Assembly (NCBI GenBank): GCA_001661245.1
Contig: KV454018.1
Coordinates: 121,944-185,943 of the forward strand
DNA from: Pachysolen tannophilus NRRL Y-2460
Taxonomy: Eukaryota
Direction: 5' to 3'
Length of the DNA: 64,000 nucleotides
This document shows positions 48,636 through 60,394 of this stretch, piece by piece; the stretch's first letter is position 1, and every line of letters begins with the position of its first letter. Made by a program: the position numbers and the translations under genes. A model generated the notes under the pieces. The model had not been told where the DNA came from, made no database searches, and saw nothing but the letters and a program-made list of their open reading frames with translations.

Positions 48636-49979
48636 TTATCTTGACTGGGTTGGATCTTGTTGTCTTAAAATCTCTTCAACTGTTGGTCCTAATAATCTTT
48701 TAAACCCAGATTTACTTAAAGTAACAACGGTCACATCTGTAATAGCCTTTACTGTAGCTTGTCTAGGTAAATCATTTAACAATGCAACTTCTCCAAAATA
48801 ATCACCCTTATGTAATTTTCCAATGACTCCTTTATCCTTTCTGATAATTTCAGCTTCACCAGTCTCTACGAAATAAAAATTTTCACCACGTTCACCTTCG
48901 GTGACTATATTTTCATTTGGACGGAACTTTTCTGTATGTAATGCATCTGCTAATTTATTTCTTGCATAAGAAGATAATGGTTTTAAAACTGGAACTTCTT
49001 TTAAAAATTCTTCATACATTGATCTTTTCTTTGCTGTTCCTTCTAATAAAATTCTTTTAAAAGTCAATCTATCTAATGCCCACAATACACAGTTTGAAGT
49101 GGCAATAGTAGTAGCTGCTCTTGGAGAATTATACATTAAAGCCAATTCACCAAATGATGATCCAGGTCCAGTACTACCAACTTTGACTCCATTTACAAAA
49201 TAATCAACAGAACCTTCTTCCAAGACATAAAAAAAATCACCTTCATCACCTTGTCTAATAATTGTTGTACCGTTTGGAACTTTTTTCTCTTCTAACGCAT
49301 ATATGACTGTGTGTAAACTTTCCTCATCCAATTGGCTAAACAAGAAATTATCAGCAACAGTTTTCTTTAACCTTGCAAGTTGTTCTGGAGTAATATCATG
49401 TCTTGGTGGTTTCCATGAATCACCACTAAAAGTATCTGGATTTAAAATCTCAGCACTAACTGAAACTCTTCTATTAGCATTGAACCTTGCTGGGAAATTA
49501 GCAACTTTAGTACCAAAATTACCTGATGGAGCTCTTGGATCATTAGGATCTACTTCAGAAGATGAACTTGATAAAGTATTCTTCTCTCCAACACCATATC
49601 CACCTTTGAAAACATTGCCAACACCAGAACCAATAGGATTACCATTTGTTGATTTATTAACTTCATTCAGAGCAAGTATTGGGTCGTGCTCCAATGGACG
49701 ATTACTTAGTGAATGAGGGTCATTTTCACCAAATGGAGCTTTAAAAGAAGTAATTGTTTGATTTTTCCTTCTTTCTTCTGTTTCAATTAATGATGGGAAA
49801 AGCTTAATTCCAGCCTGTTCTGCTTTTGTTCTTTGATCCCATAATATACTTCTTTGTTGTTCCAATCTACTATTAAAATAATTGGCACAAAATTGTAAAA
49901 TATCTGACGGATTTTTTGACTTGATTTGTTTATTCAATTCATTCAACTCATCCAAATATTGTGAATTTAATGAGGCCAT
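48636..49979 (-). CDS. BCY1: cAMP-dependent protein kinase regulatory subunit
   Basis: Dimerisation domain (DILQFCANYFN), inhibitor site RRVSVSAE and two cNMP domains (FGELALMYNSPRAAT, FGEVALLNDLPRQAT). Confidence 0.97.
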   Translation of the reverse strand: MASLNSQYLDELNELNKQIKSKNPSDILQFCANYFNSRLEQQRSILWDQRTKAEQAGIKLFPSLIETEERRKNQTITSFKAPFGENDPHSLSNRPLEHDPILALNEVNKSTNGNPIGSGVGNVFKGGYGVGEKNTLSSSSSEVDPNDPRAPSGNFGTKVANFPARFNANRRVSVSAEILNPDTFSGDSWKPPRHDITPEQLARLKKTVADNFLFSQLDEESLHTVIYALEEKKVPNGTTIIRQGDEGDFFYVLEEGSVDYFVNGVKVGSTGPGSSFGELALMYNSPRAATTIATSNCVLWALDRLTFKRILLEGTAKKRSMYEEFLKEVPVLKPLSSYARNKLADALHTEKFRPNENIVTEGERGENFYFVETGEAEIIRKDKGVIGKLHKGDYFGEVALLNDLPRQATVKAITDVTVVTLSKSGFKRLLGPTVEEILRQQDPTQSR

Positions 49980-50520
49980 TGTCAATTACCCACTATATGA
50001 TAAATGCAATCAAATTAATTAACTATTGGATATTTGACCGATGGTAAAGGATAAAATAATTTTAAAAATAAAGAAAGAATTAAAATAAAAATAAAAATAA
50101 ACTCAACTCAACTCAACTCAAACTTAAAAATTCCACTTTTCTGTTTCCGTTATAAAAACAAAACAAAAAAAAAAAAAAAAAAAAAAAAAGATAATTAATT
50201 ATTTATAATTGAAATTACCTTTCCAAAAATTAAAACTTAAATTAGATTGATAATAATCAATGGTTATAATTTGTAATTCAATAAAAATAAATATATAATC
50301 TTAAAAAGATAATAAAATATTACTTCTTCTTCTTCTTCTTCTTCTTTTTTACTTTTTTCTCTATGATTAAATTTGAAGAAAGCAAGGGGTAATTGACACG
50401 TCGAATTGAGTTTCGGGTTTCGGGTTTGAGCGCAGACCAAAAAAGCAAATTGGCAGAATACAAAAGTAAAAGTGGATTTACGTTAATTGGTTATGGTAAT
50501 CTATATGATCTATATGCTTT

Positions 50521-53256
50521 TCATTCCATTGAGCTGACAGTTTCAAACATGACGATTCTCTTGAATCTTTCGTCGTTGTTGACATCGTCACTTGATCTTT
50601 CGTAGGCAGAAGGTGATCTATCAAAGAGTTCATTTAATTCGTCTTTGTTCAATATATTATCTTTTGACATGATACTATCAGAACCATTTTTCTTTGTTAG
50701 GAAAGCATGTTCATTCAATAATTTTGTTAATTCATAGGATAACAAGTCATGGTCTGTCTTGAGCAGTGATTGTTCCTTGGATAAAGACTTATTTGCATTT
50801 TTCAGTTGTGAAAGTTTAGATAATGTTTCAAATTTCCCCATTGATATAACTAATTTTTCCAATTTTCTCTTGGAATCTGCTTTTGATAATAAAACTTGTT
50901 CTACAGTATTGATCATTGCCATTCTGTATACAATAACTGGCTTGGTTTGTCCAATTCTATGGGCTCTATCCATTGCTTGTAAATCAACTTGTGGGTTCCA
51001 ATCACTGTCAAATAAGATAACTGTATCTGCTCCTACTAAATTTAATCCTAATCCACCTGCTCGTGTTGATAAGAGGAAAACTTGATATTTCAAACTTTTA
51101 TTAAAAGATGAAATCTCTTCGGCCCTTGTTTCTTGATCTGTAGAACCATCAATTCTTGCACTCTTAATATTATTATAATCACAAAAATCTTGAATAAGAT
51201 CAATCATCTTGGTAAATTGTGAAAAAATTAAAACTTTATGATTATTGGATAAAAGTTTTGGTAATATTTGATCTAAAATCAGTAATTTCCCAGAATTTTT
51301 AATTAAATCATCAGTCATCTTAGTCTCATCAATCCAGGGGAAAAAGAAAAGATATGGAGAATCACAAATTAATCTCAATTGCATCATTAAATTCTGTAGT
51401 TTCTTTGCATCAATATCTCTTTTAACTTGAAACCATAATTTATCCAATTTCATATATTTTTCATATTCTCTTTCACAATATAAACGTCCTTGCAGCTTTA
51501 TAAAATCTTTTATTTTTGTTTTATCAACTTTTTCAACATATCTATCCTGATAATCAATGATATCTAACTCCTGATCATTATTATAATCAAAATCATCATT
51601 CCCATCTATATCTAAATCAAGCTTGTCATATATATTTTTAGCTTTCCTCTTTTTTGACTTGTTATAAGGTTTTACAATGTCATCTATTGTATCAACATTT
51701 GATGATAATTTCAAATTTATAAAATTTTCAATATATTTATCATCACCTAATTTAAAATTATTAATCTTTAAATACTCTTTGAAAAAATGCTTTAACAATA
51801 CAGGTTTTAAATTTCTTTTTAAAGCAGCTTTATACAAGAGAGTTTGTTCTTGAGTTAAATTTGCATATATGATATATTCTCTCTTTGGTGGTAAATCTTT
51901 AATTGCTTCTCTTTTTAACCTTCTCAACAAGAATGGTTTTAAAATAGTATGTAAATTTGAAATTAAACTTTTCTGAATCTCCACGTTTATCAACAGCTTT
52001 GTCTGTTCATCATCTTCATCAGTTTCCAATTTTGATTGTAAACTGTTAAAATCAAACCATTGTTCAAACAAGGCAACATCATGGAAAATATCTGGTAGGA
52101 TAAAATTTAATAATGACCATAATTCACCAAGATTATTTTGTAAAGGAGTACCAGTTAACAATAATCTATTTGAAGTTCTTAATTTTTTCAATTCTTTTAA
52201 CAATAAACAATTATTATTTTTCAATCTATGACCTTCATCTACTATTAAGAATTTCCAATCAATTTTATCTAAAAATTTAGAATCACGAATAATTATTTCA
52301 TAGCTTGCAACTATTATTGCAGGAGTTTCAACTTGATTAGATTTCCGCCCTATTGGTTTAGATGAATTTAAATTATGGAAATATTCTTCTCTAATAATCT
52401 TTCTTTTTTCCTTAGAACCAGAATAGTTTAAAACAGGGAATCCAGGAGCAAATCTTTTAATTTCATTACACCAGTTACTCACTGTAGATAACGGACAAGT
52501 GATTAAGAAAGGCCCTTTAATTCCTTGTTCATATAAAAATGCTAATAATGAAATTGATTGAATTGTCTTACCTAACCCCATTTCATCGGCCAATATCCCA
52601 TTAAGACCATTTTCATATAATGTAATTAACCAGTTCATACCTTCTAACTGATAATCTCTCATTTTACAACCAGAAAGTATTTTCGGTTGTTGAATACGAA
52701 TTGAAGTTGATTCTAATTTTTCCTTTGTTTCTTTTGAAGAAGATGATAATTGTATTGGTTGCAAATTTTCCTTATTTTTCGTTCCATTTTTAAATTTACC
52801 CTTTTGCTTCTTCAAAGGTTGTACTTCAATATTTTCATTAGTTTCATTCTTGTTTAAAGTTTTTTCAAATAAAGTATCAGCTATAATTGTAGAAAAAATT
52901 TTTGATTGCTCAACCAAATTTTGTAATTTCAGTAATTTCTTATCTCTGGATAAACCATTAAAATCCTTTTGATCTTCACTTAACTCAACCGCCTGGACTG
53001 AACCATTTTCATGAAGTAATTTTTGTAGTTTCAAGTCCTCATCCTCTTCAAATTTCGCAATATCATCATCACCAGCTATTGAACCATCTGCTATTGAATC
53101 AGCTGCTGATTCAGCTATTGAACCAGATCCGGGAGAAGTCTTATCCGTATCCAACTCGGGCGTCCGAGAACCCATGCCCGAAAAATCACCCTTCCCAGAA
53201 TCGCCACTACTAGCGCTATTATCTGATCCTACCTGAGAACCCGCCATATCATCCAT
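50521..53256 (-). CDS. IRC5: Snf2-family helicase of the Lsh/HELLS/DDM1 subfamily
   Basis: GILADEMGLGKT, DEGHRLKN, LLTGTPLQNNL, STRAGGLG, DLQAMDRAHRIGQ. Divergent from RSC8, as in YFR038W/YFR037C. Confidence 0.88.
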   Translation of the reverse strand: MDDMAGSQVGSDNSASSGDSGKGDFSGMGSRTPELDTDKTSPGSGSIAESAADSIADGSIAGDDDIAKFEEDEDLKLQKLLHENGSVQAVELSEDQKDFNGLSRDKKLLKLQNLVEQSKIFSTIIADTLFEKTLNKNETNENIEVQPLKKQKGKFKNGTKNKENLQPIQLSSSSKETKEKLESTSIRIQQPKILSGCKMRDYQLEGMNWLITLYENGLNGILADEMGLGKTIQSISLLAFLYEQGIKGPFLITCPLSTVSNWCNEIKRFAPGFPVLNYSGSKEKRKIIREEYFHNLNSSKPIGRKSNQVETPAIIVASYEIIIRDSKFLDKIDWKFLIVDEGHRLKNNNCLLLKELKKLRTSNRLLLTGTPLQNNLGELWSLLNFILPDIFHDVALFEQWFDFNSLQSKLETDEDDEQTKLLINVEIQKSLISNLHTILKPFLLRRLKREAIKDLPPKREYIIYANLTQEQTLLYKAALKRNLKPVLLKHFFKEYLKINNFKLGDDKYIENFINLKLSSNVDTIDDIVKPYNKSKKRKAKNIYDKLDLDIDGNDDFDYNNDQELDIIDYQDRYVEKVDKTKIKDFIKLQGRLYCEREYEKYMKLDKLWFQVKRDIDAKKLQNLMMQLRLICDSPYLFFFPWIDETKMTDDLIKNSGKLLILDQILPKLLSNNHKVLIFSQFTKMIDLIQDFCDYNNIKSARIDGSTDQETRAEEISSFNKSLKYQVFLLSTRAGGLGLNLVGADTVILFDSDWNPQVDLQAMDRAHRIGQTKPVIVYRMAMINTVEQVLLSKADSKRKLEKLVISMGKFETLSKLSQLKNANKSLSKEQSLLKTDHDLLSYELTKLLNEHAFLTKKNGSDSIMSKDNILNKDELNELFDRSPSAYERSSDDVNNDERFKRIVMFETVSSME

Positions 53257-54250
53257 CTCAACAAAAAACCTCAATAATATAATTATCTATTAACGTTAAT
53301 CATTAACCGCCGTTTAAGATATTACAAAACTTTTGAATATATTTTCGCGTCCCCTCGTGTAAATAGGATTCAAATTGGCAGAACAAAACTTAAGACATCA
53401 AAAAAAAAGATAAATTTTCAAACTAAAGCGTTTTTTTTTTTGTTTTTTTTTTGTGGGTACTCTACTCACCATCACTACTCCCTTTTACCTTCTACTTATT
53501 AAGAGACTGTCTATATATAACCACTAGAGAGACCTACGAAAAGAACAACTCAGAAAAGAAAATAAAATAAAAAAAAAAACTTTAAAACCATTAATTTTCT
53601 AAAGAGAAATTCAACTTTAGAATAAACACTCATTTTAAAGTAGGTAGTGTGCTTTCTGCTCAAATGTTCCGCATTAGGAAATTACATTTGTTGTAATTCA
53701 ATTTAAACAACAACAATCAACGAAAACAACAACGAACAACGGCAAGAACATTAAAAGAAAGAATCAATTGAAACGTAATAAAGAATCTTGTTCTTGATTA
53801 ATAAATGAACAAATTGTGGGTGGGTGTTGTTTTGATCGTTGCCCACTAGCCGTCTCTTTTAATCTTTTTAATTTCTCTTATTTTCTTATTTCTCTCTCTT
53901 TTTAAAGTCGGGTCAAAAATTTTGTTCTTAAAAACACGAAAGAAAAATTGTTTGTTAAGGAAGAAAGAAAAAAAAAAACTTCAACTTTAATGATAAACAG
54001 TATTTCCATATTATATACAGCTAAGATATATATAAGATACTAATTGGGGTATAATCAATCTGTATCTTTTATTGATATATTAGGTAAGGTGTTTACTTAG
54101 TTGTTAAGTTTTTTTAATTTTTTTTGTAATTTTTTTGTGTTTTTTTGTGTTTGTTTGTGTGTGCGTGTGTGCGTGTGTGTTTGCTGAGAGAATTGACCTG
54201 TCAAAGGGGAAAAGGAATTTTTTTAAAAAAAAAATAGCACAATAACTAAG

Positions 54251-55930
54251 ATGTCTGAATCGCCTCAAGATATGGATTTTAAAGACGGTGGGTCTTTGAA
54301 GGATGATAACGATGTAGATCTGAGAGAGAGTGAGCAGGTGAAGGAGGAGACAGATAAGGATACGTTGATGGAAGATGAGAATGATGAAGGTGAAGTTGAA
54401 GGTGAAGGTAATCAAACTACTGTAGAACCTGAAGATAAAGAAGGTAATAGTACTATAGGTCATATTGATTTTGAAAAAGAGCAAAGAACACTTGAAGAAA
54501 AAGCCAAGAATTTCTTGGCTCGTCAAACAAAGGCAGTCATTATCCCATCTTTTGCTAAATGGTTTAATTTAGATACAATTCATGAAATTGAAAAAAGATC
54601 ACTTCCAGAATTTTTTTCTAATCAATCACGTTTTAAAACACCAAAAGTTTATAAAGAATTTAGAGATTTTATGGTAAATTGTTATAGATTAAACCCAATT
54701 GAATATTTGACAGTAACAGCTGTTAGAAGAAATTTGGCAGGTGATGTGGCTTCAATTGTTAGAGTTCACTCATTTTTAGAAAAATGGGGGTTGATTAATT
54801 ATCAAATAGATCCAAAGACAAGACCTTCTTTAGTTGGTCCTCAATATACGGGACATTTCCAAATCACCTTGGATACTCCAGGTGGATTTGTACCATTTGT
54901 ACCAGAAAATTCCAAGATAGTTAAAACTAACAATAAAACTCATCATCAAGATACTTTAAGTATCTCAACTACTGCGGAATCTACAAATGGACCAAATACA
55001 CCTGTCTCAACTACATCCTCGTCTGTTCCTTTTAATTTTGAAATACAGAAAAATATTTACGATTCTACCAAAGATGCATTTATACTACGTGATGAAGATT
55101 CAAAACAAAATCCAAGTGGATTGATTACAAAACAATTATTCTGTATGACTTGTGGTAACGATGTTTCTAATGTTCGTTATCATCATTTGAGAACAAAAAA
55201 TAATATTTGTGCAAACTGTTTTGAACAAGGTTCTTTCCCATCCAATATTCAGTCTAGTGAATTTCTCCAATTGGGAAATAAAGGTGAAGCTGGTGAAGCT
55301 GGTGAAGCTGCTGCTACTGCTGCTACTGCTTCTAACAAGTCATGGAACGATCAAGAATTGTTGTTGTTATTAGAAGGTATTGAAATGTATGGCGATGATT
55401 GGTTGGCTATTTCAGGTCATGTTTCAACCAAATCAAAAGAAGAATGTATTAAGAAATTTGTATCATTACCAATTGAAGACCGTTATATAAATTCACAAAT
55501 ATCTAGAAAACTGAATCTACTTAAAAATGGTGGTAGTACTATTGCTACAGATAAGATTATACAGAAATTGTTGGAAAATTTAGATAAGACAGAAGAAAAT
55601 AAAATATCCAATTTAGCAGATCTGAAATCAAAGGAAATTTTAAATAATTCAACTGCACTTTTAAATAAAATAGTGGATTTAGAAATTAACAAAATTGATT
55701 TGAAATTGAAAAATTTTACAATGATTGAAAAATCATTAATAATCGAGAAAAAATTATTAATTAAACAAAAAGCTAAATTATATGGAGATTTGAAAGAAGA
55801 AGAAAAAAGTAGATTCCAATACGAATCAGAATCTGATCAAATCAACGAGGCACAGATGGACCTGAATCTTGAAGAACCTGAGCCTATTAGCCAAGTTGCA
55901 GCTCAAAGTTACAAATACTGGTCTGCTTGA
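54251..55930 (+). CDS. RSC8: RSC complex subunit Rsc8 (SWIRM, ZZ zinc finger, SANT, coiled coil)
   Basis: IIPSFAKWF, EYLTVTAVRRNLAGDV, WGLINYQIDP, CMTCG...CANCF, WNDQELLLLLEGIE and C-terminal YKYWSA. Confidence 0.93.
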   Translation: MSESPQDMDFKDGGSLKDDNDVDLRESEQVKEETDKDTLMEDENDEGEVEGEGNQTTVEPEDKEGNSTIGHIDFEKEQRTLEEKAKNFLARQTKAVIIPSFAKWFNLDTIHEIEKRSLPEFFSNQSRFKTPKVYKEFRDFMVNCYRLNPIEYLTVTAVRRNLAGDVASIVRVHSFLEKWGLINYQIDPKTRPSLVGPQYTGHFQITLDTPGGFVPFVPENSKIVKTNNKTHHQDTLSISTTAESTNGPNTPVSTTSSSVPFNFEIQKNIYDSTKDAFILRDEDSKQNPSGLITKQLFCMTCGNDVSNVRYHHLRTKNNICANCFEQGSFPSNIQSSEFLQLGNKGEAGEAGEAAATAATASNKSWNDQELLLLLEGIEMYGDDWLAISGHVSTKSKEECIKKFVSLPIEDRYINSQISRKLNLLKNGGSTIATDKIIQKLLENLDKTEENKISNLADLKSKEILNNSTALLNKIVDLEINKIDLKLKNFTMIEKSLIIEKKLLIKQKAKLYGDLKEEEKSRFQYESESDQINEAQMDLNLEEPEPISQVAAQSYKYWSA

Positions 55931-56420
55931 TTTGATCTTTACTATTCTTTTATCTTTGATCTTTGAACACTATTTTTGAATTTTCACTTTAATTTTTTTT
56001 TTTCTTTTATTTTCTTCTTCTTGTTTCTTTCTCAATATTAGAATTGTTTTATCTATTTTGTTTTTGTTGTTTTTTTTTATCTTTACGAATAAAAACTCAC
56101 ATGGATTTATCTTTTATTTTCTCTCTTCTACTCTTGTGTATTATAATATATAAAATCAACCCATTCAACTCTTAACACTTTTCATCATCAAATTCAAATT
56201 CAAATTCGAATTAGTTTATACCATCAAAGAAAACTGCGTCGTGTATGGAACTATCGATTTTGTTAACATAGTTTGCAATCAAATCTAAGATTTCTATGGA
56301 CTAGAAATGATTTTATAGATATATATAGATTGATTAATTTAATAATTAATAATTCATCAGTTCAAGTATTGAATTAGTATAATAGTGGATTAGTGGATTA
56401 CTAAAGAGGATAGAAGATAT

Positions 56421-56834
56421 ATGATGTCGTTGAAATCTACAATTTTGTATGTTTTGGGAATATTTTTCATGTTACATTCAGCATATTCTGCATTTTCATT
56501 TAATCAATATTTGAAAGCATCATTGTCGTTAAATAAGCCTACTCTTCCAAATGATATAAAATTTGAATTAATACTATCTGCAATATTAATAGTATATGCT
56601 ACTTTTGAAAATGTTTTATTTAATACAGGTAATGTGTATAACTATGAAATTGTCACTGGGGAAAAGAAACCAGTAACGAAAAAATTGAAATTGAATTCGA
56701 TATATATGAATCAAATTACACTGGAAGATGAAAAATTAGGTAAATGTGTATTTGATGAATTAGAAAATAGATCTTGTTATATGGATGTCCTGGAAAGACG
56801 AGCAGAGTTTGAAAAATGGTTTAATAATCAATGA
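56421..56834 (+). CDS. EMC5: ER membrane complex subunit 5 (MMGT family)
   Basis: LHSAYSA and LPNDIKFE motifs, two TM helices, C-terminal R.EFEKW. Confidence 0.85.
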   Translation: MMSLKSTILYVLGIFFMLHSAYSAFSFNQYLKASLSLNKPTLPNDIKFELILSAILIVYATFENVLFNTGNVYNYEIVTGEKKPVTKKLKLNSIYMNQITLEDEKLGKCVFDELENRSCYMDVLERRAEFEKWFNNQ

Positions 56835-57324
56835 AACTGAGGTAGAAGGCATATAACCAATATAATAAATTAATTGTTAATATAAATTTAATATAATATG
56901 ATATATGTACAACACTTATTCATAATCACAAAAACCTACTACACTAACCATCTTCTCTTTGCATATATATATATATATATATTTTATTTTACTCAGCCAA
57001 TCCCACAAATAAGATAAAATAATAAATAATAACACAGAGCACATGAGAAACCAGCTCAGTAGCAAAAATATCTCCATTATCTCGATAAAGTATTAAAAAA
57101 TTGTCTCCGAATGAAAAAAAAAAAAAAATGAATTAAAATGAATTGAAAAAGAAAAAGAAAAAGAAAAGAATAGATGATGAGAGAGGTATATCCCACTCAC
57201 CGTTAATTGAACAATTCAACATAAAGTATAGCTTAAATCAACCAAATAAATATACAAATTACATGGAACATCTTTTTTGTTTTAAAATTCAAATAAAAAA
57301 AAAAAAAAAAACATTTAGTTGATT

Positions 57325-58297
57325 TTAAGAACTAAACAAGCTTCTGACTTTTGAAATCAAATTTCGCCTACTACTAGGTACATTACTACTAGTTCCACTG
57401 CTATTATTATGTATTGCACCTGAAGATGAGCTGATTATACTGCTTCCTCCAAAAGCAGGTTGCCCAGTTAAAGTAACTTCGGAATTAATCACAGTCAACT
57501 CATGAGCATTATTATTGTTATTACCATTGTTGGTATTATTATTTCTATTGCCGTTAGTATCACCCTCTTGCATTTCATTATCACCATCAGTGAAATGCTC
57601 TATAACTACTGGCGGAGAAATTTGATCTGATATCAATGAACGAGGTGTGGAAATCGTTGTATAGTCACTTGTGGCTGTTTCGCTTTTACTTATAGTTGGA
57701 AGTAATTCGGTATATGATGATGAAGACGAAGATGAAGATGCTGTTGTTGCTGATATTGGAGGTAAAGCTTCCGAAGACGGAGGTGATGTGGACCATTGCA
57801 ATTCTCTTTGAAATATAAAATTGTTTTCAATATTTGAATTTGAAGTTTCAACTTTATACATAGGAGAAGGATTTATCTGCCATTGGCCATCAACTATAAA
57901 CTAATCAAAAAATTAAATCATTAATATTAGTATTATGTATATTATATTTGAAAAATCTCAAATTTTCAAATAATGTTAAATAAAAATACTCACTTTAAAA
58001 AATATTTTATCATCAGGATTACTCTTTCCACCTTTACTAAACACATCTTTATTAAACTTGATCTTCTTAACAAACTTATTTTGCTCTGGTTTAAAATCCA
58101 ATTTAACACTTCTTGACCAATTATCAAAGTCACCAGTTACAATTACTTCTTTCGCATTAGGATCAACCCTTATGTTTTAAAAAAATTTCATTTTTCAAAA
58201 TTAGTATATATCTCTATCTCTCATTATTCCATTATTATAAATAACTAAAACTTCTTACTTACCATGCAAAGCTGATATAACAGTACGTTGAACTCAT
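57325..58297 (-). CDS. CBM48 (AMPK-beta-type glycogen-binding) protein, Atg45/Yil024c-like; exons 58297-58263, 58168-57994, 57900-57325 (261 aa)
   Basis: Two introns (GTAAGT..TACTAAT..AAG; GTGAGT..TACTAAT..TAG) join in frame to give W..AKEVIVTGDFDNWS...FKFIVDGQW...NIENN, followed by a Ser-rich tail. Confidence 0.85.
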
Positions 58298-58841
58298 ATT
58301 AATTAATAGCTTTCTTATCAAATATGTCCATAAAATGATCCCAAATTATAATTTCTTCAAATTAGAAAAAAAAAAAAAAAAAAAGAAAAAGTACACCTAT
58401 TTAATACCAAGTAATGGAAACTCAACTATCAAATAACTTTCTTCCATTAATCTGATCTCATGAATTGAGACTAACACTGTTACAAAAAAAAAGGTATCTT
58501 AACATGTGTTTTGATGATTTGGTATTAACTTTTCTTATCTAATTACAGCTTTTTACCTCTATTTTCAGCTTATCTACTAAAAAAAAAAAAGAAAAAAATA
58601 TTTTCGGACTACAACCGAGGTGTATTGGCTAGATTCTAGTTTAAAAGGTGAAATAATACAAAAGTAATGGATAATGGATGATTTTTTACAATTAGCTAGA
58701 TATATTTAAAGAAAGTGATTGTTTTAATTACCTAGTCTTTTCTCATTTGTTTTCATTTCATTTGTTTTCTTTGTTGTTTAAAACCATCTTTTAATTATAA
58801 ATTTTAATTTTTTAATTTTTTAATTTTTAATTTTTAATATT

Positions 58842-60149
58842 TCAATCTCTCCATGAAAGAAGGAACATCAATGAGATTCCTATGAACATACTGATCAATT
58901 GTCCTGCAAACTTTTTCAATTCTTGGAATCTTGTGGTTCCTTCATCTAGTTCCAAGACTTCGGGAATGACACCAACAGTTGCGATATATAAAAATCCACC
59001 AGCAGTAAATGGTAAAGTTAAATCACCAACTTCAACAGTGGTACCAAATAATCCAGAATATGGAGTGATACCATTTGCGATTTGTTCAGAGATATCAGTA
59101 GAGGCAAAAATGGAGGATTGGATGGAGATACCGATAAATGTTCCCAAAAAGGCACCTACTGCAGTTATGAATTGAGAATACATAGCTTGCCATTTGGTGA
59201 AACCTCCTTGAATTAATAAAGCAAAATCACCCATTTCATGAGGAAATTCATGAACAAATACAGCTAACGTTGTAGTTGCACCAACATTTCTACTTATATA
59301 GAAAGAAGCAGCAATTGCTAAACCATCAGTTATATTATGTGTAAAATCGGAAATCAAATTCAAATAAGCCGAATTCTTGATTGAAGCATTCGGATTAGCA
59401 ATTACAGGATCTTCTGTTTTAGAAACACTAGAATCTTTCTGTTTTCTACTACGCAATTTTGAATCTTCCTTTTCTTCTTTTTCAAATGCACTTGTCTTTG
59501 CATTATTTTTTGAATGAGAGTGAGAATGAGAATGAGAATTAGAACTTCCAGAAATTTCATCATTATCATTTGTATGCTCCAAAATCCTAAGTAACTTATC
59601 AATGATGAAAAAAATTAAAAACCCAATAAAAATGAAAACTCCTAATATTGTATTTCTTTTACCATCTACCAATGTGAAAATTGCTTTATCCTCCAAACCT
59701 TCTCCGAAAAAAGTTTCCGGTAACAAGTGTAAGAAAACATCACCTAATAACCCACCAGTGGCAAAACTTACCAACAAACTTAAACTTGAAACATCAATTG
59801 ATGCTGGAACAAAAGCTAAAACCAAATTTGGTGGTCCTGAAATGTATGCAGTTGCTAATAAAGCATTTCCAGCAGGACCAAAGGGAAATAATAAATCAAA
59901 AAACTGATTGATATACGCAGAAGAAGAAGCCGCTTCTTCAAGTGATTCCTCCTCAGCATACTTATTCAAAGTCTGTACAACCTCACATTGTGATAATTGC
60001 TCATTTAAAGTTTGTAAATTGAGAATACCATTTTCATAAAAAAGACCTGGAATTACTGATGAACTTTTTTCATCATTAGTACTTTGAATTGCTGAAATCA
60101 ACGTTACAAACGCAATTAAAAAAATTGAAATTGACCAACAAGTCTTCAT
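58842..60149 (-). CDS. YKE4: ER ZIP-family zinc transporter (ZIP7/Yke4)
   Basis: Signal peptide, GGLLGDVFLHLLPE, HSHSHSH, DFTHNITDG, HEFPHEMGDFALL, GGFLYIA. Confidence 0.93.
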   Translation of the reverse strand: MKTCWSISIFLIAFVTLISAIQSTNDEKSSSVIPGLFYENGILNLQTLNEQLSQCEVVQTLNKYAEEESLEEAASSSAYINQFFDLLFPFGPAGNALLATAYISGPPNLVLAFVPASIDVSSLSLLVSFATGGLLGDVFLHLLPETFFGEGLEDKAIFTLVDGKRNTILGVFIFIGFLIFFIIDKLLRILEHTNDNDEISGSSNSHSHSHSHSKNNAKTSAFEKEEKEDSKLRSRKQKDSSVSKTEDPVIANPNASIKNSAYLNLISDFTHNITDGLAIAASFYISRNVGATTTLAVFVHEFPHEMGDFALLIQGGFTKWQAMYSQFITAVGAFLGTFIGISIQSSIFASTDISEQIANGITPYSGLFGTTVEVGDLTLPFTAGGFLYIATVGVIPEVLELDEGTTRFQELKKFAGQLISMFIGISLMFLLSWRD

Positions 60150-60394
60150 TCTTAACCACTTATCCCTATCAGCAACTTATATATACGATTAATTACTTGA
60201 GCAATATTTTAATCAAAGTTTCATTTCAAATGAAGTTCATATCAATTTAGTTCAACACTTTTCTGGTTTACTTGAATTGATTGATATTTTGAACACTAAT
60301 TATTTTTTTTCCACTTGAAAAATTTTAAGATGAAGTCAAAATTAATATCATCAACTTCAAAATTGACAAGATAATACCTTTGAATTTGTATGAG

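Noticed and set aside
54104..54526. 140-aa minus-strand ORF and other low-complexity intergenic ORFs (2854, 15181, 35153, 35435, 50393)
   Set aside because: Derived from poly-A/T or microsatellite tracts, or overlapping real genes.
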